A DNA stretch of 64,000 bases from the human T2T-CHM13v2.0 reference genome, Homo sapiens, in NCBI RefSeq assembly GCF_009914755.1, contig NC_060929.1. The stretch is one strand, 5' to 3'. This document shows, in pieces, positions 53,002 to 64,000 of this stretch. The notes under the pieces were generated by a model. The model worked only from the letters and a program-made list of their open reading frames with translations. It ran no database searches and was not told where the DNA came from. Position numbers and translations under genes: made by a program. Positions within the stretch are counted from its first letter, which is position 1; each line of letters starts with the position of its first letter.

Positions 53002-53837
53002 CAGTAAGTTCTCAACGTTGTTGATAGGGTCTTGGAAACTTCAACTTCAAGTGAGATGCCATGTAACAAAACCAGTTTTACTATAGGCTAATTAATATAA
53101 ACAAGAATTAGTTCCTATGGCATATTTGTATCACAAAAACATCAACAAATTTCTAAGTGAAGACTTGAAACACTTCTAATGTTGAATATTGATATAAATG
53201 TAAGCTATACATACATTTAAGAAAAATCAACAAAAATAAGTAAGCTATTTGTCCAATTTTTGGTGAATCAGTGAGTGACAGCCGTCATCCTGGTGGTAGG
53301 TTAAATCAAGAAATAAATGTTTGTAAAGTGAAAATTGTCAGGAGTACCTCCTACCAACACACAGTTCAAAAACAAACAATATTCAATAAGGCAGACTCTC
53401 TAAGCACTTTCATACAACATTTCTTATTATTTTGCATTTGTATGATTATCAAATACTTTATATTTTATCTTATAATAATTTGTATTCATTTATTCTTTCA
53501 TTTTCCAACCCACTTACTCCAGTTCAGGTTACAGGAGGCCAAAGCCCATTCAGCAGTTCAGGATACAAGGTGGGAAGCAACCCTGGCCATGACACCATCC
53601 CAACACAGGGCACACTCATACATATACCCACACTCACCTTGACTGAGATCGCTGACACATGCCCACCCACCTGAAATACACATCTTCAGGATGTGGGAAG
53701 AAACTGGAGTACCTGGAGAAAATCCACACAGACATGGGGAAAAGGTGCAAATTTCACAAAGACATTAGCCTCAACCATGAATTAATTTTTTTTCCCATCA
53801 ACATTATAACAAAGTAACATTATCTGAGCACCTGATA
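53002..53837 (-). mobile_element. MER6 (long form) TcMar-Tigger DNA transposon
   Basis: Reverse complement of the element at 46312-46897 plus ~250 bp of extra internal sequence; starts cagtaagttctca. Confidence 0.85.
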
Positions 53838-53861
53838 TAATTTCAGTCTTTTGAGATTATT

Positions 53862-54150
53862 ACTATTATGAGACAAAATCTCACTTTGTAGCCCTGGGTA
53901 GAATGTAGTGGTGCAACCTCGGCTCACGGCAACTTTCATCTCTGGGTTCAAGTGATTCTCATGCCTCAGCCTCCAGAGTAGCTGGGATTACAGGTGTGTG
54001 CCACCATGCTTGGCCAATTTTTGTATTTTTAGTAGAGATGGGGTCTTACCATGTTAGCCAGGCTGATCTCGAACTATTGAGCTCAAGCTATTCACCCGCT
54101 TCAGCCTCCCAAACTGCTGCGACTACAGGCAAGAGCCACTGCGCCCAGCC
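53862..54150 (-). mobile_element. Alu SINE (J or old S)
   Basis: Full dimer; TSD ttgagattatta. Confidence 0.94.
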
Positions 54151-54819
54151 TCTTGAGATTATTATATTTTGGGTGTGATTCTTTAAAAAAGCATATAGCC
54201 TAAACTTAGTTTTTTTAATCCAATCTGGGAATCTCTGTATTTTTCAGGTGAATTTAATCCATTTTCAGTTTTACAAGTTTGATACTAGAAAAGAGTTATT
54301 TTCAAAGAGCAAAACTATCATTCAAGATGTATTGTGAAATAAACATTTCTCAGAATAAGACAGAATGTACCACTTGCAGACCCTCTTTAAAATAACTGCT
54401 GAAGTATGCAGAATGCAAAAAGCAATGTCTGTAAAAAATAATACTTGGTGAACATGTTGATAAATCTTATTAAATACCGTGAAAAAAGATGAATTTGGGG
54501 GTTCTTAATGACAACTTGAAATATGGTACAATTAAAGATAGGAGTGGGATGTTAAACTTAAAATATTTCAGGGTACTTGAGTTTGAAACGAACTAAATAG
54601 AAATATTGATGGGAGATGTGTGCTACAGAGACAGACTTAGCAACTATCAATAAAAGAGAAGAAAATCACAGAAATGTTTTTGGATGAAGTGCTTTCCCCA
54701 GCAGGGAAGTGAATCTAACTAATCCTAGGTAATGTAATGAAGTAGGCAAATGACTCTTCTACAGGCTCTTGCCTGTAATCCCAGCACTTTGGGAAGCTGA
54801 AGAGGGTGAAAAGAACCAA

Positions 54820-55030
54820 AATGTACAATGTCTCAAACACAATAAAAGTTTGTTTTTCTTACACATGAACAGACCAACATAACTCTAAGTTAGTGGGTGA
54901 AGCTGGAGGTGATTCTGCTCCACACAATCATTTGGGGACCCAATCTGAAGGAGGTTTTATCTACCACAGATAACTTCCAGGGTCACTCTAAACAAAAACA
55001 TTCAGCCAATGAAAAGGAGAAGAGCATGTC
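54820..55030 (-). mobile_element. MLT1K-like LTR fragment
   Basis: caataaaagtttgtttttctt...tctgctccacacaatcatttggggaccca. Confidence 0.55.
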
Positions 55031-55092
55031 TGAACATGTTGTGCCTTTTCTCAGTGAATAATGTCAAGGGGCACATGATATCAATGTGTCTC

Positions 55093-55633
55093 AAGGGTAA
55101 CATAATCAGTACTGAGATGTATCAATCATGTGTCTTCTACTATGACACACTGAGAAAGACAGAAAGACTGCTGTCCTAGTCTTGCAAAAAATGCCTAAAC
55201 CGAATGTGATTATGAGGAAACATCAAACACATACTGAGGGACATTCTTCAAAATACCTGACCATCTGCTGTCAGTGAGTACAAGAAAAAACAAAAACGAA
55301 CCTGACCAGTTATCTTTAAAAGTATCAAAGTTATGGAAGACAGGGAACTGAAAGTCAAGGAAAGACTGAGGAACTCTTACAGATTGGAAGAGACCAAGGA
55401 GACACGACACCTAAATGCAATGTGTGGATCAGATAAAAACATTAGGGAAATAAATAATGAAATTTGAATGAGATCTATAAATTAGTTAATATTTTCTCAA
55501 TATTTCCTGCTTGATACTTGCTGTGTGGTAAGATGCTAAGACTAGTTTGATGAAGTAAATATAGGAATTCTGTGTCATACTTAGTAACTTTTTTCTAATC
55601 TTGAACTTTTTTCAAAATGAAAAGCTTTTTAAA
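55093..55633 (+). mobile_element. L1MC4/L1MC5-like 3' end
   Basis: tatgaggaaacatcaaac, tgagggacattcttcaaaatacctg, aaagactgaggaact, ctaaatgcaatgtgtggatc. Confidence 0.75.
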
Positions 55634-56442
55634 GAAATGAATAAGCAAATAAAGTCCCATCATGTTCCCATGTATATGAAAAGCTGTTACCAGAAATAAA
55701 AAAGATTGTGAAGTCCACTTAATAGGTGCCACTACCCTTCCTGTTCTTCATTCTGTACCTAAAGTATCATATTAGCCACATCTGAATGAATTTATTTATA
55801 ACTAGGATGGCCCCTACCCTTTTTGGAGTGTAAATAATACACTTCAGAGTGTAAATGTTTAACCCACTTTCTGCTATGTCAGGCCTCAAGATTACAAATC
55901 TAACTTCTTTCATAACAATTCCAGTTGTGCTTCTAATATTCCCCTTAGATCCATTAGTGTTGGGAAAGACAGAGAATTTCAGTCCAGCTTTGCTTTGACT
56001 ACAGCAGAGTAACATTCACAGTGCTGGTGAGTCATAGCAAAGCATGGAAGTTGGTAATACCCTGGCCTCTCTGGTGCCTCAGGTTCAAATGTGGACCAAC
56101 CGTACCACTTAAGGATTATCAAATCTTGACCGCTTCTCATCCAGGATTATATTGAATAAATGGAAATTTCAACTGAACTGGCTAGGGTACTTCGACTTAA
56201 CAGACATGAAACAGTTGAGATTAGGGTTGGAGTGGCTAGCACTTTTGAACACAAAATGATATGACAACACATTGTTTTATCCAGAAATGATACAACAAGC
56301 TCAGAAGTTAGGCAATAGTGAAGACTCTCAGGCAGAAAGACAAGGCCACAGGGAGGAAGTTGGCAACTGTTCTCAGTCACAAAGAAAGAAGGAAATCACA
56401 AGTGTATTCTCTCATGGGGCACTTTGTCTAGGGCACTTAACA

Positions 56443-56910
56443 AATTAGTTAAGGTAAGTTAACTGCCTAACAGCTATAAGAAGTTGACCCAAAATAATGA
56501 TTCAAATATAATGAAAATTTATTTCTCTTATACATAAGCAGACCAAGGCAGCTGAAGGTTTTCATGTAGCATTGTTTGTTTGTTTTTTGGTCCACCACAG
56601 TCATCCAGGGACCAGGACTAAAGGAGACTGCTGACTTGCATACACATCTTCCAAGAACACACTGGGCATCAACATCCAACAAGCGAAAAAAGGAAGGAGC
56701 ATGTAGGATGCCATGGACCTGGTCTAAAAATGACACACAGTACTTTCTCTAATATTCCACTGGCTGGATTTCATCTTAATGGGTATACCTAACTGCAGGG
56801 AATTCATACCTAACTGCAAGGAATTCATACCTAACTGCAAGGTAATGTTTAGTGGTTCATCCAAGAATAAAAGGAAAAGGGTCTAGTAAACAGTGGTTAG
56901 CCTGTGCCAA
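56443..56910 (-). mobile_element. MLT1K/L-like LTR
   Basis: cacagtcatccagggaccagg, atattccactggctgga, acctaactgcaagg. Confidence 0.65.
56785..56842. repeat. 21-bp tandem repeat, ~2.8 copies
   Basis: atacctaactgca(g/a)ggaattc repeated. Confidence 0.95.
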
Positions 56911-57420
56911 AAACTTCCATATATACATGCTTGTAAACAATAATATTTTTAGTGTTTCTGCCCATACTCAAGGAAAAATTTAAGAGTATATACAACAGTC
57001 TTTGCTCTCTAGAAGGCTACAGGTTACTATGGATTATAGATGTTGGGAGGAGGTGGAAGTAGTCTATTTACTCCTACTCTTCTTAAGGTATTATTTTTAC
57101 TTTGTAATAGATAGGGGAGGGGAGCAGACTCATATAGAACAACTGTGCCTCTTAAGAGAGTGGTTCTCTTTTAAGAGAAGAACAAATCACCAGACAGTGT
57201 TTGTGCTTTCATCAGATTGCAGGCCCCTAAAAACCTGGTTCCTCTTCACTGCCTTTTTTTAAATTCACCTTTCCTACCCTACTGCAATGACCTTGTATGT
57301 TTGTAGAAAGTATCTTTAGCATCATGAAATCAGTGTGAGGGATTCACCCCTGTCCAGCCCATCAGATTTTCCTTTGTGTGTGTGTGTTTGTCTGTGTGCG
57401 TGTGGTTGCTCTTTTTGATT

Positions 57421-57728
<308 letters not shown>

Positions 57729-58016
57729 ACTCTTTTTGATTTCTTACAGTTCATATGAAGAGAAACAAATTTGTGCAATGAAATGTCCATGAAACAATTT
57801 AAACCCTTCACAAATTTTAGAAAGAAACTAAGGACAGGGATTTTTTTTATGTAACACTAACCCCAAAGCATTATCTTTATACACTAAATGCAGTATGCTA
57901 TAGTAAGAATAAAGTCAAATACAGGCTATGTATATATTAAGATGCTAAGTGGAAAAAAGTTTGTTTCTTCAACTGATAACCTCTCTGTCTCCTGATCATT
58001 CCATTCTTAAATCCCA

Positions 58017-58190
58017 AGGTGCACTGAATTCAGAATTAGAAGACTCAGTTTTAGTTCTTGCTCTGCCACTCTGGCAACTACGAATTTTGGCAAACTAATT
58101 TTTCTATATGTATATCTTCATCTGTAAAATGGGAATAAGAACTGCTTTGCCTCACCAGGGTTTTGTCAAGTAGAAATGAGAAGCAACATT
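58017..58190 (+). mobile_element. MIR SINE
   Basis: ctctgccact...cttcatctgtaaaatgggaataa. Confidence 0.75.
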
Positions 58191-59474
58191 CACCTGACAA
58201 CTTTATAAGTCACTTTACACATTACATTTTTGCACAATCACTAATGATCTTAGGATCAGAGTGTCAAGGATCCAACCCAGGGTGTTTTCTTATTCCTGAC
58301 ATTACCTCATGCTCTTGGCCATGGTTGTTGACCTTCAGGGCATTGTGCCCGAGATACCTTTTTGTGTTTTTATTCCGTTCCTGGTTTCCTGCTAGGATGT
58401 TTTTTTACTTCTGTTTTTTACAAAAAAATGTTGTTCTTTGGCAAATGTATTTCAGTTTATTGTGATGTTTATATTTTACACAAAATATAAATCTATTTTA
58501 TTCAATTTAAAAATCAATTCATTTCAAAATGATTAAGAAATTTTAAAAGACCAATAGGTTTCAAAAAGTATTGCAAGAACTCAGAAGGTAGAGCAAAAAA
58601 AAGGAAATCCATTACTGCATCTTAATTATGAAAAAGTTGTTTTTTGACAAAATTTTGCTAATATGAAAACATTATAATGAAAGAAAAACTAAGTTTCATC
58701 ATATAGTCTGTGGTAATAGGTAAAAATGTGTATGTAAATCTAATTTTTATAAGGTAATGAAAAAATATGAAAAAAACATTTTTTTCACGCTCACTAATGT
58801 TCCTTTATTTTCAGATCCCTGTTGTAGAGCTATTGGTTTACTCAGACTTTCCCTACAAAATAGTCACCATCTGCCTGATTAGTCTGTTTCCTTGGTATCC
58901 TGCCCATTCTTGTTACTTGAGTTTCTGCTCTATTTCAAGAAATGCACTCATTAGGGATGGTCACATCTGTGATCATTTGAAAAGAAGTATACATATTCAA
59001 AAAACATCTAATAGCACCTTGGCATTTCATTAAATATAAACAAGAAAAGTCTCTTTTTGACTGCCTTACTCTTAAATGCTAACAAAATATAGCATGATCT
59101 TTGAGGTCCCTTCCCGCATTTGGAAATTCCATGGGACTAAAATAAAAAAAAGAAGTGCTCAACACAACTCGGACATTTTCATTATATACACATTTATAAG
59201 CACATACAGAGAAAAAATGCCATCTGTTAAAAATAGTTAACTGAATACTAGCTGAGGATAAAAAATGTAAAACAGGTATATTTGCTTATTCTGATGACTA
59301 TTTATATCTGGCTATCTCCTAAAACTCCGGAAGTGATAAGACAATACAAATAAACAGTATAGACACTTTTCCCCTTAAACTCTCTTAGAATGTATGCTCC
59401 ACGTGGACTAGAATTTTTATCTGTTTTTTCACTAATGGGTGCTAAGTAACAGGACACATAGTTAAATATCTGGC

Positions 59475-60078
59475 TGTTTTGGGCAGAATTCTAAGATGGC
59501 CCTCCAAGATTCCCAGCCTCTGATGTATTCTCCTACTTATTCAAACACTAATCTAAGAATTGCTGTGAAGAGATTTTAGGGGTGTAATTAATGTTCCAAA
59601 TCATTGACCTTAAGAAAGGGAGATCATCCTGGTGGGCCTGACCTAATCCCATGAGTCTTTAAAAACTCAGTGTTTCTCTGCTGATTTCAGAAGTCAGAGA
59701 GAAGCATATGACACGTTCAGAAGAAAGGAACTGCCATATTGTGGACAAGGTCACATGGCAGGGAATGGTGGGCAGCCTCTAGAAGCTAAGAGCAACCCCC
59801 AGCTGACAGCCAGCAAGACATCAGAGACTTCAGTCCTACTGCCCCAGAAACTGAATTCTGCCAACAACCTGGACGAGCCTGGACAGAAACCTGAGCCCAG
59901 AGTGAGAAATGCAGCCCCAGCCAACACCTGGATTTCAGCCTGATGAGACCCTGAGGAGAGAATCCAGTCATGTTGCATCTGGAATTCTGACCTAGAGAAC
60001 TGTGAGTTTGTAAATTTGTGTTGTTTTAAGTTGCTAAGTTTGTGAAAATTTGTGATGCAGCAATAGAAAACTGATATC
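59475..60078 (+). mobile_element. MaLR solo LTR (MLT1E-like) inserted in an L2 3' end (L2 pieces ~59380-59474 and ~60405-60457)
   Basis: ggcagaattctaagatggcc...tattcaaacactaatcta...ttttaagttgctaagtttgtg...gcagcaatagaaaactgata. Confidence 0.88.
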
Positions 60079-60082
60079 CTGT

Positions 60083-60405
<323 letters not shown>

Positions 60406-61462
60406 CTATAGTAGGCATTTAATAAATATATGTGGAATAAATGAATGAATGAATGAAAGAAATTTTGATATGTTACATGGTAAAGGTAAGATAATTATAA
60501 GAAAGGCAAAATATGAAACTATACTTGTGATTTTAGAACTAAGTTCTGGATAGTTTTAATAACCACATATCTTGTATTATTTATATACATTCATGTGACA
60601 TTAATATATCATCTTTAAATAAAAAATACTAAAATAAAAAACAATACATGAAAAAGGCATGTGTAATGTATATTATATATATTTGCATTAATATTTTACA
60701 TTTAAATGAAAGAAGCTTAGAGTAAATTAGTCTACAAACCCACCTCAAATTTATTTTGAATGTAGGAAGAATATCATTTATACTTACATTTTTAGTTCAT
60801 GAAACATAATTTACTTCACTTAGAATAGCTATACTATTAAATTTATGGTTGGACTTGCAATTAATACTTCGGAACTTTACCCTATCTTCCTTTTAAATAT
60901 GGTGTATAAAATTGGAAAAGATTCAAATAAATATACAATCAATGTTCTCAGAAATCAGTGTATAAGGTTTCAGAAATTCACTAATTAAAGTTTGACTAAA
61001 TGGTTAGGAAGAAAAATCAGCATGGATGTCATGATGTTACATAGAAAGTAAGGTTATAGGATCCAGAAGGAACAGTAAAAAAAATAATGTGTCGTGCTTT
61101 TTAAATACTTTGGCTTCTGTAGTGTATAGAAGATGCTTGATGGTCTTAACAGTATTTATTTATACATCATTGCTTTTCAAAAAGGATTTGAGGTGACTTA
61201 ACATAAATCATTCACAAAGTTGAATAAACACAAATAAAAAAATAAAATGATAAAAAGAAGAAGCCAAAATGTTAATTTTAATGTCTAAAATAGTTGTTAC
61301 TTAATTGAGCATTAAATTGGGCTTGGGCTACATATGCTGTCAGTAAGAAGATTACTATTTAAAAATATTAAGCAAAAATTATCAGTGGTCTTACAATTTC
61401 CCTTTGATCTGGCAACTCTTATGACCTCTTGTATTTTCCACAAAAAAAAAAAAAAAAAAAAA

Positions 61463-61532
61463 GGATTGCTTGAGCCCAGGAGTTTGAGACCAGCCTGAGC
61501 AACATAGCAAAACTCCAACTCTAAAAAAAAAA
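61463..61532 (+). mobile_element. FLAM/AluJ 3' fragment
   Basis: ggattgcttgagcccaggagtttgagaccagcctgagcaacatagc...ctctaaaaaaaaaa. Confidence 0.85.
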
Positions 61533-61547
61533 TTTAATAAAATAAGT

Positions 61548-62525
61548 ATGAGACAATGTCAAGTGCTGGAGAAGATGTGGAGAAACTGGAGTTTATGTTT
61601 GTTTCTCAGCCTGTAAATTGAAACAACACTTTAGAAAACTATTTGGCAATATCTAGTAAAGCTGAACATGTATAACATAAATTCAAGCAATTTCTTAATT
61701 AAAAAAATTTTTTGAGACAGGCTCACTCTGTCACCCTGGGTGGAGTGCAGTACACAAACACGGTTCACTGCAGCCTTGACCTGCTGGGCTCAAGCAATTC
61801 TCCCACCTCAGCCTCCTGAGTAGCTGAGACCACAGGTGCATGCTACCACACCTGGCTAGATTCTTTTTTTTTTTTTTTTTTTTTTTTAGAGGTGGGGTCT
61901 TGTCATGTTGCCCAGGCTGATCTCAAATTCTTGGGCTCAAGCAATCCTCCTGCCTTGGCTTCCCAAAGTGTTCAGATTACAAGTGTGAGCCACTGCACCC
62001 AGACCAAGAAATTTTAACCCTAACTAAATACCCAAAAAAAGTGTATATATGTTCCACAAAGGACATGGGTAAGAATGTTTATAGCAGCAGTATTTGTAAT
62101 AGCCAGAAACTGGAAACAAGCCAAACATCTATCTACAGCAGAAGAGACTATTGTTTATTTATACAATAAACTACAATATAGCAATAAAATGAATGAGCTA
62201 CAACAACAGAAATCAATTTCACAAACATAATGCTGAGATAAAGAATACAGACACAAAAGAGAATATTTGGTATGAGTCCATTTATATGAAGTTCAGAAGT
62301 AAGCAAAGCTAATCTCTGGTGTTGGAAGTCAGGTTAGTGATTACCATTAGGGTAAGCGAGGTAGGAACTGGAAAGAAGTTTCTGAGATTCTGTCATTGTT
62401 TTATTTATTGACCTGGTGCTGATTTCTTGGGAGCACTTCTTTTACGAAAATCAATTGAGCAGTACATTATGATTTGTATACTTCTGTGCATATATAAATG
62501 AAATTGTATTCAAAAGTAAAACTAA
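61548..62525 (+). mobile_element. L1ME-like 3' region interrupted by an AluJ
   Basis: aagtgctggagaagatgtggagaaactgga, tggcaatatctagtaaagctgaacat, gtaatagccagaaactggaaacaa. Confidence 0.8.
61708..62005 (-). mobile_element. AluJ SINE
   Basis: Dimer with expanded middle T-tract; AluJ diagnostics. Confidence 0.94.
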
Positions 62526-62635
62526 AGCACCATCCATCCCACCACCAAAAAAACCCACTTAATTAATTTGTCATTATCTAAAATGTTGATTAACTGAAAA
62601 TTAACATTTAAAAGGTTGTTAAACCTATTGCTGAA

Positions 62636-62719
62636 ACTTCAGGAAAAAATAAGAGTATTAAATACCGATTTGAAATTTAAAAGCATGCAAATTATAAACT
62701 ATAGATCTCTCTGTCTCAC

Positions 62720-62761
<42 letters not shown>

Positions 62762-63046
62762 GCCCACACACACCCATGGTTTCATACCTTTATGTGTAGT
62801 ACCAAAGATTATTATTCATAATTAATATCCGAACATCAATTTGCACTTCAGGAAAAAATAAGAGTATTAAATACCCATTTGAAATTTAAAAGCATGCAAA
62901 TTATAAACTATAGATCTCTCTGTCTCACACATACACACACACACACACACATACACACACACATGCCCACACACACCATGGTTTCATACCTTTATGTGTA
63001 GTACCAAAGATGATTATTCATAATTAATATCCGAACATCAATTTGC
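62636..63046. repeat. Tandem duplication, 209 + 202 bp, each copy with a (CA)n
   Basis: Copies at 62636-62844 and 62845-63046, near identical. Confidence 0.97.
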
Positions 63047-63520
63047 ATTTTCAACATGTAACCAAAAGCATTCTCAACTGAATTATATGATTAAGTAAGA
63101 TTGAGGAAAAGGTTATGGTCTGTCAGTGATAATTAATCTTCTAATAAGTTATTCTAAAAAATTAAAATGATAACCCAAATGCAATTTATCAACGAATCCA
63201 TACCAGAGGCCATTAAACCTAAGACTTAGATAATTAAGGCCAAAAAATATATAAATTGAGGGTATCAGTGTCTAAAAATTCAAAAGCAGGATATGATACA
63301 AATATTTAATATATAAGTTAAAGATTGCAGATTATAATAAAGTTATAGGTGCTGTGCTAATTTTCTTTTGCTATATAACAAATTGTCACAAATTTAACAA
63401 ATTGAGGGCCTTCCTCAATTTGCTTTTCCCTCCTTTCCACTACTTCTTTTTACAAATTATCCCCTTTAGTTCAGCTTTTCTTTTATTATTATCATTAGAT
63501 TATATTATTTTTTAAAAAAA

Positions 63521-63740
63521 TTTTATTTTATTTTAGGTTCTGGGATATATGTGCAGGACATACAGGTTTGTTACATAGGTAAATGTGTGCCATGGCAGTT
63601 GGCTCCACCTATGAACCCATCACCCAGGTATTAAGCCCCATATGCATTAGTTATTTATCCTAATGGTCTCCTGCCGCGCCCCCCACCCCCCGCGCCACCC
63701 CCCATCCCCCCACACAGGCCCCAGTTTGGGTTCTTCCCCT
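63521..63740 (-). mobile_element. L1PA (PA8-PA13-like) 3' end
   Basis: ttctgggatatatgtgcaggacatacaggtttgttacataggtaaa...ggtattaagcccca. Confidence 0.88.
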
Positions 63741-63765
63741 TTTCAATACTTACTTTTACTACTTC

Positions 63766-64000
63766 TGTTACGGGAGCTTTGCAGTGTCACTTTTCCTGAC
63801 AGAAACCTCTGTGGTTGGTGGCACCTTTGCCTGAGTTCTTGTCCTGCATCCAGGAAGAATGAGGTTCGCAGTCAGTGGGGTGAACAAGACCAAGAGGAGC
63901 TTTACTGAGTGTTAAAACAGCTCAGAGGAGGCCCTGGAGAGGGTAGTTCCCCTGCAGCTGGTAGTCTTGTCCCCTCTAACGGCAGAGAGGGTAGGTCGTC
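63766..64000 (-). mobile_element. ERV1 LTR (MER52/LTR27 family), runs off the window
   Basis: tgttacggga...agaaacctctgtgg...cctttgcctgagttcttgtcctgcatccaggaagaatgagg. Confidence 0.75.

Noticed and set aside
59327-59340. ETS+GATA composite ccggaagtgataag
   Set aside because: Single isolated motif pair with no CpG island or other promoter context.

Overview
AT-rich, repeat-dense primate (human-like) intergenic or intronic DNA. I can support no intact protein-coding gene: the ORF track is explained by broken L1 ORF1/ORF2 frames, their antisense frames, Alu-derived frames and chance. The window holds two L1PA7-like LINE-1s on the minus strand, older L1PB/L1M pieces, about 20 Alu/FLAM copies, MIR and L2 relics, MaLR/ERVL/ERV1 solo LTRs and DNA transposons (MER5A, MADE1, MER6A, MER6), often nested. 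The most notable structure is the L1 at 11785-17003. It was retrotransposed from a spliced RNA: an exact GT-AG intron joining the 5'UTR +97 donor to an acceptor inside ORF1 is missing, and the unspliced sister L1 at 24734-30983 shows that 1284-bp intron. Also found: a ~125-bp EEF1B2 processed-pseudogene stub with target-site duplications (TSDs), a tailless 36-nt U2 snRNA retrocopy inside an L1PB, a perfect 3x45-bp repeat inside an old AluJ, a ~205-bp tandem duplication, a miR-548-type MADE1 hairpin and several local fold-back or duplication scars. Repeat subfamily names come from recalled consensus sequences, not from a RepeatMasker run, and the edges of old repeats are approximate.
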